From: a virus | Length of the DNA: 64,000 bases | IMG/VR virus record: IMGVR_UViG_3300047476_000597 | Span: 69,628-133,627 of that record | Reading direction: 5' to 3' (one strand) | Part shown: piece by piece, positions 52,201-59,795 of the stretch | Layout: each line of letters begins with the position of its first letter | Numbering within the stretch: position 1 is the stretch's first letter | Translations under genes and position numbers: made by a program | Notes under the pieces: generated by a model | The model's database searches: none | What the model was told of the DNA's origin: nothing | The model's input: the letters and a program-made list of their open reading frames with translations, nothing else

Positions 52201-53898
52201 GCTGATAGAGATAGGTATATAGCTACTGTTAAGAACGACCTACTATCTTTTCTAGCTATTAAGGCATATATGCACAGTATGGCTGGTAAACCAGAGGTTA
52301 AGAATAGTCTACGTCACTCACTCATATATTCTACAGCTGGTGAACAGACTATTGTAGATATAGTAAAAGAGCTCAGAGAGTTAATATCAACGGAGGGTAG
52401 TGGTAGGAATAGAAAGAACCTAATGATACACAACTTCTTGAATGCTGTAGATGCTAAGATAACAGAGACCGGTATAGATGAGTTACGTGCTAGAAACTGG
52501 ACTAAACTATCTGAGGGGTATATAGAATCATTAGCTGGTGCTTTTGTAGACCTATATTCTAACAGTATCACAGACAAGAATAATAAACCTCTTAATACTC
52601 ATACTCAGGCTATTGCTATATTCAACTACCTGTTAGTAAAAGACGGTGGTCAGTTTAAAAACAACAGTTTCTTACGTTACATACCCAACTTTGTATTCAT
52701 GGATCTGTTATCTTCTTCTAAAGAGGTTAATAAGATGATGAAGCTAGGTTATAGGGCTACTGAAGAAGATTACATGCGTGTTTTTGGTGCTTTATTGCAA
52801 GATGTTAGGAAACAGTTTATAGATAGTTATGGTATGCATACTAACAACTTCTATAACATTAAGAAGGTATCTGGTTATACTGGTGCTATTACTGTTACTA
52901 GAACTGATATTAAGATAAACACTATAGTAGCACCAGCCGTTAAACTGGATACTATTGGTGGCCTCTCTTACACTACTGAGATAAATGAGAACACTGGAGT
53001 AAAAGAGGTAATATACCAGCTGCCCTACTATGTTAAGATATTAGATAAACTATATAAACTCTCTACCGTAGATGGCGCAGCTGTAACAACAGGCTCTAGT
53101 ACTTCAATACAAACAGGTAAAGAGGCTGAGTATACTGTAGTATATGGTGGTTCTAGAGGTTCTAAGAATACATCTATGATGACTGGTGTATTTGGTGAGT
53201 TACCTATGAGACCTGGTGTAAAACCAGCTTATACACAAGGACAAACAGAAGCAGCACCAGTACCTGCAGTTGGTACTGGTAATTTTACACCTCAAGAAGA
53301 GTATTCAGCTCCTTTTGAAGATGAGTCTACTATATCTGCTCAACCTGTTGTATCTTCGCAACCTATGCAACCAGTGCAACAACCTACAGCTGCTCAGAAA
53401 ATAGTTAATGAGATTGTTACTCCTGAGTTACAAGAGAAAGCTATGGGAACAAAGGTATGGACTGAGTTTTCTGTTGGAGATAACATAAGAGGTGAAATTA
53501 TTGGCAATATAGAATATGCAGGTGATAATGGTTTTGCTCCCAAGATACAACTAACTGTTATGGAAGATAACGGAAAAACATGGAGTAGAGTGTTTTCTTC
53601 TAGTGATAATGATTCTTGGAGATATGAGAAAGTTTTTTATGATGTGTACAATAAGATACAAGATAACTGGAACAAAAAGAAGAAGCAACTATACAAAGCA
53701 TTAGAACAACCTACAGCTGGTACCACATTACCCGGCTCAGTATGGAAAACAGAACTAGCTGCTATATATAAAGAGAAAGGAGATAAAAAAGGAAGGACTG
53801 AACTAGAATGGACTGAGGCTGCTACTAGATTCAGAGACAAAGAAAGACAAACAGGAGCTACAGATCAACAGATATTAGACACTATAAAATGTATATAA
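40225..53898 (+). CDS. Virion-packaged RNA polymerase polyprotein (crAss-like, double-psi barrel), 4557 aa
   Basis: Catalytic ISGMDFDIDK at 50338-50352 preceded by GIRIPS; AMTDNAKE; zincin HEAFH at 45871-45885; hydrophobic N-terminal helices. Confidence 0.92.
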   Translation: MFNSNIISESITPTLVGAGIPTPHLQQQFYQTGLLPSNTENDVPPLDIMDSLMADMKKAAPTKEAGMAPDYFNWDKSGAAQYVNDRHFSTIGFDPFASGITDPTTGKTANPYEIRYQQASDWGDVMGKAAGQFVGLAGLTIKAGLQSDAHLINALFNPASWSDYLSGKDTFVNKLAGSPEELLETDKELKDIMNKYHIYQTPITQEGIFNKEFLGDIVGQLGFSAGAAGYMMGTGLLLGGLGRIVGSGKNIAAMTRLGKAMEQMKDVGHLEDLKQVQNLMSSGKTATAISEDVNMVKRMTDLGKNRSFIEGVVENFTPFYQAITDARAVKTAGGTSMQMFQATVPGLIKNYTMFSAARAEASIEAAGTYGDMYIGLMDSFYEKEGRLPDATEAMNIKNAAYGAATDNYIVNTGLLMTMNNIQFGNMMSKFSSTKRLFRELAEASDDGLMAVKGKLKDGVNDVYRVYNKNSFGGIGAYNKVRKDFGLGTAMYTVLKNNAKNLGKWEVSEGLQELLQEGSNRSLTEYYTNMYHGNKDVDGNILNRVDLAKGLGDQLNKEGWKTFLMGSVTGLFMSPLTSAVMYGKTAGAKALYSNVREAAENKKKTVEANRQLLETFFNNPDTATKGFSRFKEQMKVSKNIGDAAAINDPYMSHNSKDDAISQAAGAAVKAGMLDAFVDNIRMMGDGRFTPKEFMEQFNLTEEVNPKQYTEQLATNIEQYYINWQNLKDRYSDLIIPELEKDPAKQLDAQWKKAALNEAIEILAYNTYHAGSAMTRAAEIKTAASQIPGIGQTTSRIFDLFGNNSELDKEIKLLQLNLKTLKDTATGDLELTQQVKATEDRIKALESWKEKYNRLLDSKEESEEMDNLKTELQLYMRLYIESDNQSSGRSNTNLLDSDFEKAFKLLGDYNALNRDYSQYIEILNLLSNPKNFVTMHSKLFDAMTAARDTVKEEAKKEADLRADITNGDPVPADTTKEDDEDDDFADSDVLPVDTYTPVEPKTKEDLEFAIKQLEDAFQARVANLVANGATEQDARDIAEKETPQDDKDALTSLKEKLATLKNTEEPETTEDVEDDADGQPVVYTNQQNKDKIQNINNMNILTLAGTAEQKAAKDAVLRDITPEELRAGLRLISRLSVDDIEKVELPDGKIQLLDKRVTTSVKDLGTYATEDEVDAAIKKAMMPFKKGDYVQQMRSTYTVAVYYNDTLIGYLQPPQQYLFTFNGHLVDVNSLTPEQFAAVAIIPEGMTAEKALIQFQQNVTNSLSVWSGLEPLLSAGNTTLSGEEIPFRITPSRGENDFNNEKESIQFNNEIEKIEKERQEKLSRVQDVLITPAEDLSYREVKEDPYSIQENIKKQIKKLQDHIETLKKGRLYTYLRDYGTTKPKTGLYAYYIARDNSTNPNVSTIGRVTGVLGNKFKTDKNDKLIGDQQTIVGSNNYYYFLPFEITQEEDTSKAINDIENKKQPFVAELAEIEKDIVYLNRPVLKPIKTKNQKAIDSINADYNKKIAALEASIPDRPTLADIQALYEVEGIIDNSANEVYYGNPRLIEEQPEYANNLGNYRVAVKLPNGQRVWLQAKGIKMTDSDVKDIAKKITAFFGKKKKTVKDIETLNELLSTIFITARPENANGIFFDFRISDKGNLAVRWYDPFMNEGQGASGVIDVAKNETPFTDMSSFTTYLTAVINTAMTSDVAVKEGVMWPKDGVVFTEYNVRKQPDVNALDQMEITSNIGLVKNIVPSVVPETPAPIKGLEVIPAQTDIPIEPSVEGKSSVDVPVAVTQETNGTQPTVESLAQLEDDDWIDSIIALKTVPADEVFTGQSVENIGRFSDYIKKNLPSWLTIEEVDSFIDTLYNNNITAGEFMYYLDKTGNVQAVIRTNKDSVGKYHEAFHMVFRLLLPQETIDRLLNEVAGIYPATPARLQALRESSPLYTEMSEEQLTEILYEEYMADQFDAFRMGRTDRVTTGIRGFFNRLTDWINWLWAQFTGADMKGLFYEIERGSFRNSTVQPNQYVNNIGTSANVAKKVIPIGTETIQTPSGPKQVTKYLPQQEGEIISSTMAALFLKKALLEGSYNTNAVYKEILDTYAAMYNPADPKYRERAKEMSRVDKEAAIRWFLRLKERHNLFISDAGRTALKDAANVYLKISGIKTEMEEDEVEDLTDDYGERNVEDRKRPTTYAALSAFLRQFIGGTTVTFTDEFGNTEFSAGVPLVQAINANKVYNGMIKLLSNQSGATDMISRMWSMRNDDSNPETAAFIREVIRETGLEYDDTTKTFTTAKNSILIQQVIKGFNMFELDHLFVQMDNNNKVRVFSANSQEVTQNQLNAWSSEFEIRLGNKLVGKSKKDVKEMVTAATGGFDEMLSNMNNKTALATHIGTVELQNLSKQIANRIYAGTGIKLSPRYIEYSIAFAKDDNVRTAEQRVLLRGYTDVEPLTVEDIRGIKYSLLKGDNVFIETEDNKGAIGRLKTMALGNAQFDESVNTMSYQTADGETVYSHTLPSWITVMTNKLNNEMFREDLMQDPDRRSFLLESERFLELARQRKIKVIGADGLKRVDMFEPGATVDDIGRAVTNTDGKVMGDFTPREFLVYLLSTYVKPKNVVTTQKPIEKYTDEEGVEYATEAFTTAPVMLRTIEAKNQMFFMELPIVAAVENNRLSQQVVDIMYDMVLQEQQRIARVKEEIKTIAKQATRPLKDGEVRVEVKEGYHTGKNPRGLKLFNTALMMGDMAADIEAGKPIDKDALTEQLNRYWLAETEALITDMRVLGLVRKEEDGIKNLLAPEYLFKGEKGDYNLIPGDFFHNVMQVFVNDYVNSAAANKLLLGEEAMSFKNTIDQVKRASGWAAAGPDMRVLVTAPEWGINHTLSTFHHFTFADPRFRKMTDGVDKNGKLEATGDKADALMYMTEKAQRYALFGFGTLNKTQVDALNTLADGNQLSKEEVFGSDGLIKAGAFNSMKLVYFDGQNYLKNSTITLFKTFTSLPDSNGEFTIPFPGLEHLHELRLKMEEFEAKSDTIVFGHPVTASKGMKVDIAPTVSAVTDSNFQQLNAQYMRKQVENPSNKIQITSPTQAMIQIMAEQNPDTKVVFLGSEKDSDGNDWTVGRIRDIYQESIAQRKTNSFNTAVNDIVDYEGALVELQTSIDIQKLTPKLGRFIKNAQEMLMATGADSQTLGFFELDAQGEPIYDMNFPAVLTKYTQLFLSYFSKGILSEKVPGMSVATVSPWGIRKIKIVTSIWKEGDKGYKKALEGQPRTWKVVTDAEIRANPAAYSNPIDWSTQDEYARRYEGLQVGDIYVDDLRHNYPKYDEKGNYLGQFSECLIPAHYKDVMDKIPEALRFMFGIRIPSDDKHSYVALEYVDTLPAQYGSVGVFPQEIIEISGMDFDIDKMYIEMADTYAELQRENQEEYDTLKNIIDRTKARLNELSGMFENTPGYSKEIADKGRQIKEVKKYVKAQYDNLVITESDYIDRIQELDNELESLGTMEGAKYRRPIIQEMKSLSGQLVGIKARIKQLTETSVRVAYGSKTDTQGIFDEYVKWQFANNNAFRAKIKELASIGPVDVGGDIVGNINSDIIADIEDIYELLSATSIDKMILKTALAELGMPTDAIEYYNMTHENGVQIKDLNNGVLTNKALSAKLAMLNNDDIAVDTEEQLSILNQGTSVDILSSLVDDLVVEFTAMQSNESIPAADKKNITRVLKVLQEPDVNVDSLRGKLASNMNNKEGSRNIGAAVLSMLVFSTLNQHNMTLSSTDYQLSFDGKDYFSFIDTKTTDGKRKFAQISAIVNAMTDNAKERLAAKLGLNIEAVGYVSAMVALGVPIKTATLMMLQPIVRTYFKQLQATKGSIKTDEEKKVRASTLLANIIDSVKNIGGVDLTDTNMISNIAGGDNNSAVSASAIRMLARVDKVSQNIAQIAKVTRLQKGLPKTYEEIDSILSTIATLSDPFTPAPIPFFTVIGTDPIMRTNIRILEQINSIAPAFFTERTAAFKNITDIIHANFEPERRADRDRYIATVKNDLLSFLAIKAYMHSMAGKPEVKNSLRHSLIYSTAGEQTIVDIVKELRELISTEGSGRNRKNLMIHNFLNAVDAKITETGIDELRARNWTKLSEGYIESLAGAFVDLYSNSITDKNNKPLNTHTQAIAIFNYLLVKDGGQFKNNSFLRYIPNFVFMDLLSSSKEVNKMMKLGYRATEEDYMRVFGALLQDVRKQFIDSYGMHTNNFYNIKKVSGYTGAITVTRTDIKINTIVAPAVKLDTIGGLSYTTEINENTGVKEVIYQLPYYVKILDKLYKLSTVDGAAVTTGSSTSIQTGKEAEYTVVYGGSRGSKNTSMMTGVFGELPMRPGVKPAYTQGQTEAAPVPAVGTGNFTPQEEYSAPFEDESTISAQPVVSSQPMQPVQQPTAAQKIVNEIVTPELQEKAMGTKVWTEFSVGDNIRGEIIGNIEYAGDNGFAPKIQLTVMEDNGKTWSRVFSSSDNDSWRYEKVFYDVYNKIQDNWNKKKKQLYKALEQPTAGTTLPGSVWKTELAAIYKEKGDKKGRTELEWTEAATRFRDKERQTGATDQQILDTIKCI

Positions 53899-53902
53899 AA
53901 TA

Positions 53903-56900
53903 ATGGCAAGCTGTCCTAACTACAACGCACCAGAGTTTAAAGAAATAGAGGCTTTGTTTGGAAGAACAAGATCTACTCTTGCTTTTCATAAAAATAATGA
54001 TACAATACCATCACCAGAACTAGCAGCCCGACTATTACGTGTTAAACTAGAACCAGTACTAGATTATGAAGAAGCTGTTCAACGGTTACTAACAGGTTTT
54101 GAAAAAGGCTTAGTAGCAGTTACTAACACCCCAGATAGATATGTTTATAGAACTACTAAAGGTGGGTATACAGAAATAGCAGCTAAGGTAGCAGAGTGGA
54201 AAAACAAAACTACTGCTTTTAGTAAGGTTAGGGTAGAAGCCAGTGATAACTATGAAACCTTTCGTTTTGTTCGTGTTACTGAACCATATAGCAAACTAAC
54301 AGAAGATGAGTTTGGAGAGATATACCCAGAACCACTATCACCAGCTATACAGGCTCGTATAGAGAGAGAGGTAGAGGCTCTTATGTCTAATGAGTACTAT
54401 AATAAAGATGGTGAGCTAGTTAGTAGTGCAGATGATATAAAATACCAGCTTACTAATGCAACAACAGAACAACCAATACAAGACCTAGACAACATTATCA
54501 AAAGATTCGTAGCTGCTATGGGTGGTAATGTTACTAATGTAGGTGACATTGTTATTAACGGCAAAAAAATAGATGCTGTAGCTGTTGTTGATATTCTTAA
54601 TAGAGCTATACAGATAGCAGATGGTAAAGCAGACATCACTACTCTACCAGAAGAAGCAGTCCATCTATTCATAGAACTATTACCAGCTAACCATCCTCTA
54701 TTAAAAGAGATGCTAGCTGACATTAAGAAGAAACAGGTGTATCAAGATGTACTAGCTGAGTATGGTACTAACGAGTTTTATCTCAACCCAGATGGTACTG
54801 TTAACACAGATAAAATAGCTAAAGAGGCTATTGGTAAACACATTGCAGCTGTTATAGTAGGTAGATATAAAGACACTAAGAGTATGTCTTTTTGGAAGAG
54901 ACTGTGGAGATGGATCTCAGAACGACTAGCTGGTAAAAAACTAGATGCCTATACACAGGTAGCTAAGGATATACTAGGTGGTAAACTGAGTAAGATAGAA
55001 GAGACAGCTGCTAAAAAAGCTAATAAAGAAGGTCGTTATTGGTTCCAGCTACCGAAGAATACTAATGCTATTGTACAGGGTATTGCAGCTACCGGCACTA
55101 AACAACAAAAGGAGATAATCAGAGACTTGGTTATAGAACCAAAGGTTACATTCATAGAGAATAAAGCTCTTGGTGTACGAGAATATCGTAGTACTATTAT
55201 AGGTAATGAGGGTAGAACATATCCTGGTTTCTCATCACAGCTGGCTGTAGAAGGGCCACCTAATCCAGAAGAATATGAGATTAATAGACAATGGGGAGAA
55301 GACCTAGACTCTATACTAGCCGGTGTTATATTGAACCAAAAACTATCAGACATTAATACTCCTACTCTTAATGATACTATCAGACAAAAGGCATACGATC
55401 TGTTTGAAGAGTATCTATCACCATACAAAGAAGCTGGTTATGTAGCTGTACCACAGGTTATTGTCTATGACGATGCTGCTAATATAGCATCTGCTATTGA
55501 TCTGTTGTTAATATCTCCTACTGGTGCTCTAAAAGTTGTAGACCTAAAAAGCTCTTGGACATCTGCTGCTAATATACAAAAATACAAAGGAACAGCATGG
55601 CCGTTGTTACCTACCAGTAGAGTAATCAGCAATACACAATCTATATCAAAGTTCCGTCAGCATAATGTACAGGTTAATACCTACAACAAACTGCTACGAC
55701 TCATGGGCTATCAAGATATAGAAGATGCTGCTATTAAGAATATACAGATAATGTATAGGGACAATAACGGTGTTTTTACAGCTACTGATATAAAAGAGGA
55801 TAATGACCAAACAACAGCCGGCACTGGGTATGTAAAAGAACGTGTTGTAGATCCATCTGCTGAAGAGGGACTAGTAGAGCTTATGGTCCCTGTAGCTGTT
55901 GATTATACTAAAGACAACCTAGAGACCTGGGGAATAAAACCTAAGATAACAGCTAGTACAGAGCCGGAATCTAAACCGTATGAACGTATAGACGAAGAAC
56001 TAACAGCTGATGATAAGGATAGTCTATCTAAAGAGTTCTCTAATATGTTTGAGGCCCTTAAACAATATAGAACATTGTTAGCAGATAGAAGAGCAAAAGC
56101 TAGTAATGCAGAAGAAAAAACAGATAGGTCAAAAGCTCTAGACACACTAGAAGAGGTCATGAGTACTATGCTTGCAGCTGTTGATAATACTAAGAATGGT
56201 AGAGAGATAGCATACACACAGTTTCTTTTGTATGTTAATAAGGGACTAGAGGATATAATAACAGTACTGAGTAAAGAAGAGAATAAGCACAACCCACTGT
56301 ATCTACACTGGACTATTATGGCCGAGGCTTTTGTTACTCAGTTTCAGGGCTATACAGGTTTATTCAGATTCTCTAATAAAAAACAAGAATGGAACAACCT
56401 TATTACAGATATAGCAGATAAACTAAGAACAGTACAGCCTATTATTATAGACTCTTATAGACAAGGTGTGTTAACATCTGTAATAAAAAAATACAGTACT
56501 AGAGATGTTATACTAGAGTCGTTAGTAGAAAAAGATACAGATCTTACTAACATGGCTGCTACATTCATAGATATGGCTAATTCTCGTAATGCCATACTAG
56601 AGAATCTAGACAAGAGTTTTAAACATGATGTAGAGCTTATCAGGGAAAGTACTGATGCTATTGATAATAGAATAGTAGATGCTGCTAACCAGGTTATAAA
56701 AGCATTTGGTAAAAAAGATGCTAGTGTGTTTGAACTATTGTTTGAAAAAGACCGTCATGGTAATAAGACTGGTAGATTCATATCAGCAATAGGACCTGTA
56801 TACTGGGAAAAAGAAGAGGCTCTTAGAGAACCACTACTAGATGAAAATGGTCAGTATAAAGAGTATATAAAGAATCCTAAAACAAAAGAAGACCTACAGT

Positions 56901-59440
56901 ATAATAAAGACCTTGCAGCTGCTCGTAAAAACTCTTATATGTTCTGGACTGCAGAAGATAGAGTATATGATGAACAGACCAGACAATACAAAAATGTAGA
57001 AGGTACATACCATAGATATACTAAAGAATATCAGGATGCTCGTAATGAGGTAATGAGATGGAATAGTACTGAGGGAAAATGGGTACCTAAAACTACTAAT
57101 GCTGCTTATTGGAACTTTATTAATAAATACCACTCAGCAAAAGTTGGTTATTATATAGCTGATAGAAAAAAGAATAGTAAGGGTATGTACGAGTATACAG
57201 GCACACTAATGTATGTAGATGCTGTTAGATACACACCGCACCCACAGTATAAGGAGATACTAGAGACTAGTAACGATGGGCAAGATATGTCTAATCCGGT
57301 ATACAAAAAACTACAGAAAGCTACTGATGCTAAGAGTGTTGCTTTATGGAACTTCTTCAATGTCTATAGGAATATACTATCTGAACAACAAGATGCGCTT
57401 CCTACATATACCAACAGCTGGTTCTCTAGGAATAACATCCCTAGAATACAGGCCAACTGGTTGAACATGATGGCAAAAGAAGGTAGTAATAAGAGTGCTA
57501 TGATTAGTAGTCAGATTAAGAGCTTCTTTGAGATTACAGCATATACACATCAACCTGCAGTAGCTATGACTGGTGACTCTTCACAACAGTTACCACTATT
57601 ATTCATGGGTAGGTTACGTGACCAAGCTGTAGTACAGAGACTAAAAACACAGCTGGCTAAACACAATAGTATAGATACTACTAAAATGTCTGCTATTGAA
57701 AAAAGAGCATGGAAACAAGAGCAGAGTAGAATAGAAGAGAACATTAAAATAGAAAACGCTAGAATAACAGCTGCAGATATAGAGCCAGATCTAGTAGAAG
57801 GGTTACGTGCATTTGTACAGATGTCTCAATCTTTCAAAATAAAAAGAGCAGCAGAGGATAGGATTACAGCTGTAAAAAAGACTATAGATAACATGGTCTT
57901 TATACAGGAAAAGAAAAACATGCTAGGTAAAGTAGTATCTACTAAAGAGGTAGCTGGTGTAGACTCTAATGCAAAACAACGACTTTCCGACTACCTAGCC
58001 ATGAACTACTATAGTGGTGAGGCTGTTTCTAAAGAGTTTCTAGACATATTGGCTGACCGACTAATGAAGGTGACATCTACTATAGGACTAGGTTTTAACG
58101 TGTTCTCTTGGGCCAACAACGTTACTACTGGTGTATTGAACAACTATATAGATGCATATGGTGGAGAATTATACCAGAAAAGGTCTCTTAACAGAATGAA
58201 AAAAGAGTCTACTCTTGCTATTGGTGCATTAGTAAGACACAAGATGGATTCTGTTGTTAACAAGACTCTAGGGTATGATAAACAAAAACCTGTATCAAAA
58301 TACGAGGCACTGTCTCAGAGATTTAACATGATAGAACACCATATACAGCAGCACTCTGGTAAGGTAGACTGGATAGCTAAACTAGGTGGCTTTACTGGTA
58401 TGGAAAAAGGTGAGTGGTTAGTACAGAGTATGGTTGGTAATGCGATACTAGATTCTATTCAGGTTGAGTATACAGGCAGTGATCCAGCTAAAAAAGGTAG
58501 TAAGAAATCTCTATACGATGCTTATGAGTTTGATGAGAAAACAGGTGCTGTTACTCTAGAAGAAGGCTATGAGCTATCTGACCATGACCGTAGGGATATT
58601 ATTAATAGAATACGTGAGACTAATAAGAGAATACATGGTAACTATCGGGCTATAGATAAGGTTGTTATTGAAAAAGAATGGTGGGGCCGTGTTATGATGC
58701 AGTATCATAAATGGGTTATACCGGCATATTCAGCTAGGTTCCGTAAACTAAAATACGATGAAAACCTTGGTGGTGGTATGCATATAGAGGGTAGATGGAG
58801 ATCAGCTGGTAAGTTCCTAATGGCACTCAAAGACCGTACTATTACACTACAGACTCTTATAGATACTGTTAACACAGACTATACTAAGATGGACCCAGCT
58901 GCTCAGAAACAGTGGTTACTAGATGTCTGGAGTGGTCTTATTACAGCTGAAGAGTGGGATGAGATGTCAGATGAGGAGAAAACATCTTTAATAGCTCACC
59001 GAAAGAATAACCTACTCAAAGACCTGATGGACCTTGTATACATTGCACTACTATCTGTATTAGGCATATTGATTGCAGCTGTAGCAAGAGGTTTAGATGA
59101 TGACGATGAAGAGGTTAAGAAACTACTCAACTTCTTCAGGTACCAGGCAGACAGAAGTACAGCAGAATTAGCACTATTCGTACCTATCCTAGGTATCATA
59201 GAGGGCTATCAGCTGGTCAAAAACACCATAGCATCTACTAGTATAATAAAAGAAGCTGGAGAGTTAACAAAAGCACTACTGCAGTTTCCATTCATACCAG
59301 ACAGTGAGAAGACTATACAACGTGGTCCTAACAAGGGAAGATACAAGGTAGCCAAAGAAGCTGGTGATATAATACCTATCATTAAACAGCTACAACGTTG
59401 GAATGCCTTTGAAACTACTAAAGAGTTTTGGGTAAAATAA
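53903..59440 (+). CDS. Large ejected virion protein with degenerate zincin, PD-(D/E)xK nuclease domain and C-terminal TM
   Basis: TLPEEAVH; AIDLLLI..VVDLKS..QVNTY; RIHGNY; hydrophobic LVYIALLSVLGILIAAV. Confidence 0.75.
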   Translation: MASCPNYNAPEFKEIEALFGRTRSTLAFHKNNDTIPSPELAARLLRVKLEPVLDYEEAVQRLLTGFEKGLVAVTNTPDRYVYRTTKGGYTEIAAKVAEWKNKTTAFSKVRVEASDNYETFRFVRVTEPYSKLTEDEFGEIYPEPLSPAIQARIEREVEALMSNEYYNKDGELVSSADDIKYQLTNATTEQPIQDLDNIIKRFVAAMGGNVTNVGDIVINGKKIDAVAVVDILNRAIQIADGKADITTLPEEAVHLFIELLPANHPLLKEMLADIKKKQVYQDVLAEYGTNEFYLNPDGTVNTDKIAKEAIGKHIAAVIVGRYKDTKSMSFWKRLWRWISERLAGKKLDAYTQVAKDILGGKLSKIEETAAKKANKEGRYWFQLPKNTNAIVQGIAATGTKQQKEIIRDLVIEPKVTFIENKALGVREYRSTIIGNEGRTYPGFSSQLAVEGPPNPEEYEINRQWGEDLDSILAGVILNQKLSDINTPTLNDTIRQKAYDLFEEYLSPYKEAGYVAVPQVIVYDDAANIASAIDLLLISPTGALKVVDLKSSWTSAANIQKYKGTAWPLLPTSRVISNTQSISKFRQHNVQVNTYNKLLRLMGYQDIEDAAIKNIQIMYRDNNGVFTATDIKEDNDQTTAGTGYVKERVVDPSAEEGLVELMVPVAVDYTKDNLETWGIKPKITASTEPESKPYERIDEELTADDKDSLSKEFSNMFEALKQYRTLLADRRAKASNAEEKTDRSKALDTLEEVMSTMLAAVDNTKNGREIAYTQFLLYVNKGLEDIITVLSKEENKHNPLYLHWTIMAEAFVTQFQGYTGLFRFSNKKQEWNNLITDIADKLRTVQPIIIDSYRQGVLTSVIKKYSTRDVILESLVEKDTDLTNMAATFIDMANSRNAILENLDKSFKHDVELIRESTDAIDNRIVDAANQVIKAFGKKDASVFELLFEKDRHGNKTGRFISAIGPVYWEKEEALREPLLDENGQYKEYIKNPKTKEDLQYNKDLAAARKNSYMFWTAEDRVYDEQTRQYKNVEGTYHRYTKEYQDARNEVMRWNSTEGKWVPKTTNAAYWNFINKYHSAKVGYYIADRKKNSKGMYEYTGTLMYVDAVRYTPHPQYKEILETSNDGQDMSNPVYKKLQKATDAKSVALWNFFNVYRNILSEQQDALPTYTNSWFSRNNIPRIQANWLNMMAKEGSNKSAMISSQIKSFFEITAYTHQPAVAMTGDSSQQLPLLFMGRLRDQAVVQRLKTQLAKHNSIDTTKMSAIEKRAWKQEQSRIEENIKIENARITAADIEPDLVEGLRAFVQMSQSFKIKRAAEDRITAVKKTIDNMVFIQEKKNMLGKVVSTKEVAGVDSNAKQRLSDYLAMNYYSGEAVSKEFLDILADRLMKVTSTIGLGFNVFSWANNVTTGVLNNYIDAYGGELYQKRSLNRMKKESTLAIGALVRHKMDSVVNKTLGYDKQKPVSKYEALSQRFNMIEHHIQQHSGKVDWIAKLGGFTGMEKGEWLVQSMVGNAILDSIQVEYTGSDPAKKGSKKSLYDAYEFDEKTGAVTLEEGYELSDHDRRDIINRIRETNKRIHGNYRAIDKVVIEKEWWGRVMMQYHKWVIPAYSARFRKLKYDENLGGGMHIEGRWRSAGKFLMALKDRTITLQTLIDTVNTDYTKMDPAAQKQWLLDVWSGLITAEEWDEMSDEEKTSLIAHRKNNLLKDLMDLVYIALLSVLGILIAAVARGLDDDDEEVKKLLNFFRYQADRSTAELALFVPILGIIEGYQLVKNTIASTSIIKEAGELTKALLQFPFIPDSEKTIQRGPNKGRYKVAKEAGDIIPIIKQLQRWNAFETTKEFWVK

Positions 59441-59450
59441 TAATATTGAC

Positions 59451-59459
59451 TATCTTTAA
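59451..59459 (+). promoter_or_regulatory. TATCTTTAA motif upstream of ORF 59478 and the endolysin
   Basis: Exact intergenic copy. Confidence 0.65.
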
Positions 59460-59477
59460 ACTAATAAAACTAATACA

Positions 59478-59795
59478 ATGCCACAGAACGATTGTCTTTT
59501 TTTCTTTGTTCATTTGGACTCAACAGGTGCTCCGATTCCATCTACTATGTTCTCTAAGACTAATAACAAGATAGATAAAGGGTTTGAGTGTGTAGAAGCT
59601 CGTGTACCAGCTACACAGATGTCTAGGACTAACCAGTGCTTTCCAGCTAATGGCTTCAGGTACTACTACAAAACCCATAAGACTACCGGACGTATTCTTC
59701 CTAACAGTATGTATCAGTCACAAAAAGCTCCTAAGAGTTTCTGTACTGGTCGATATAACATCCTAGAGTTTATTGTTTATTCAACTACTGTATAA
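59478..59795 (+). CDS. Small hypothetical protein with internal duplication
   Basis: FFVHLDSTGAPIPSTMF and YYYKTHKTTGRILPNSMY halves; coupled to the endolysin. Confidence 0.6.
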   Translation: MPQNDCLFFFVHLDSTGAPIPSTMFSKTNNKIDKGFECVEARVPATQMSRTNQCFPANGFRYYYKTHKTTGRILPNSMYQSQKAPKSFCTGRYNILEFIVYSTTV

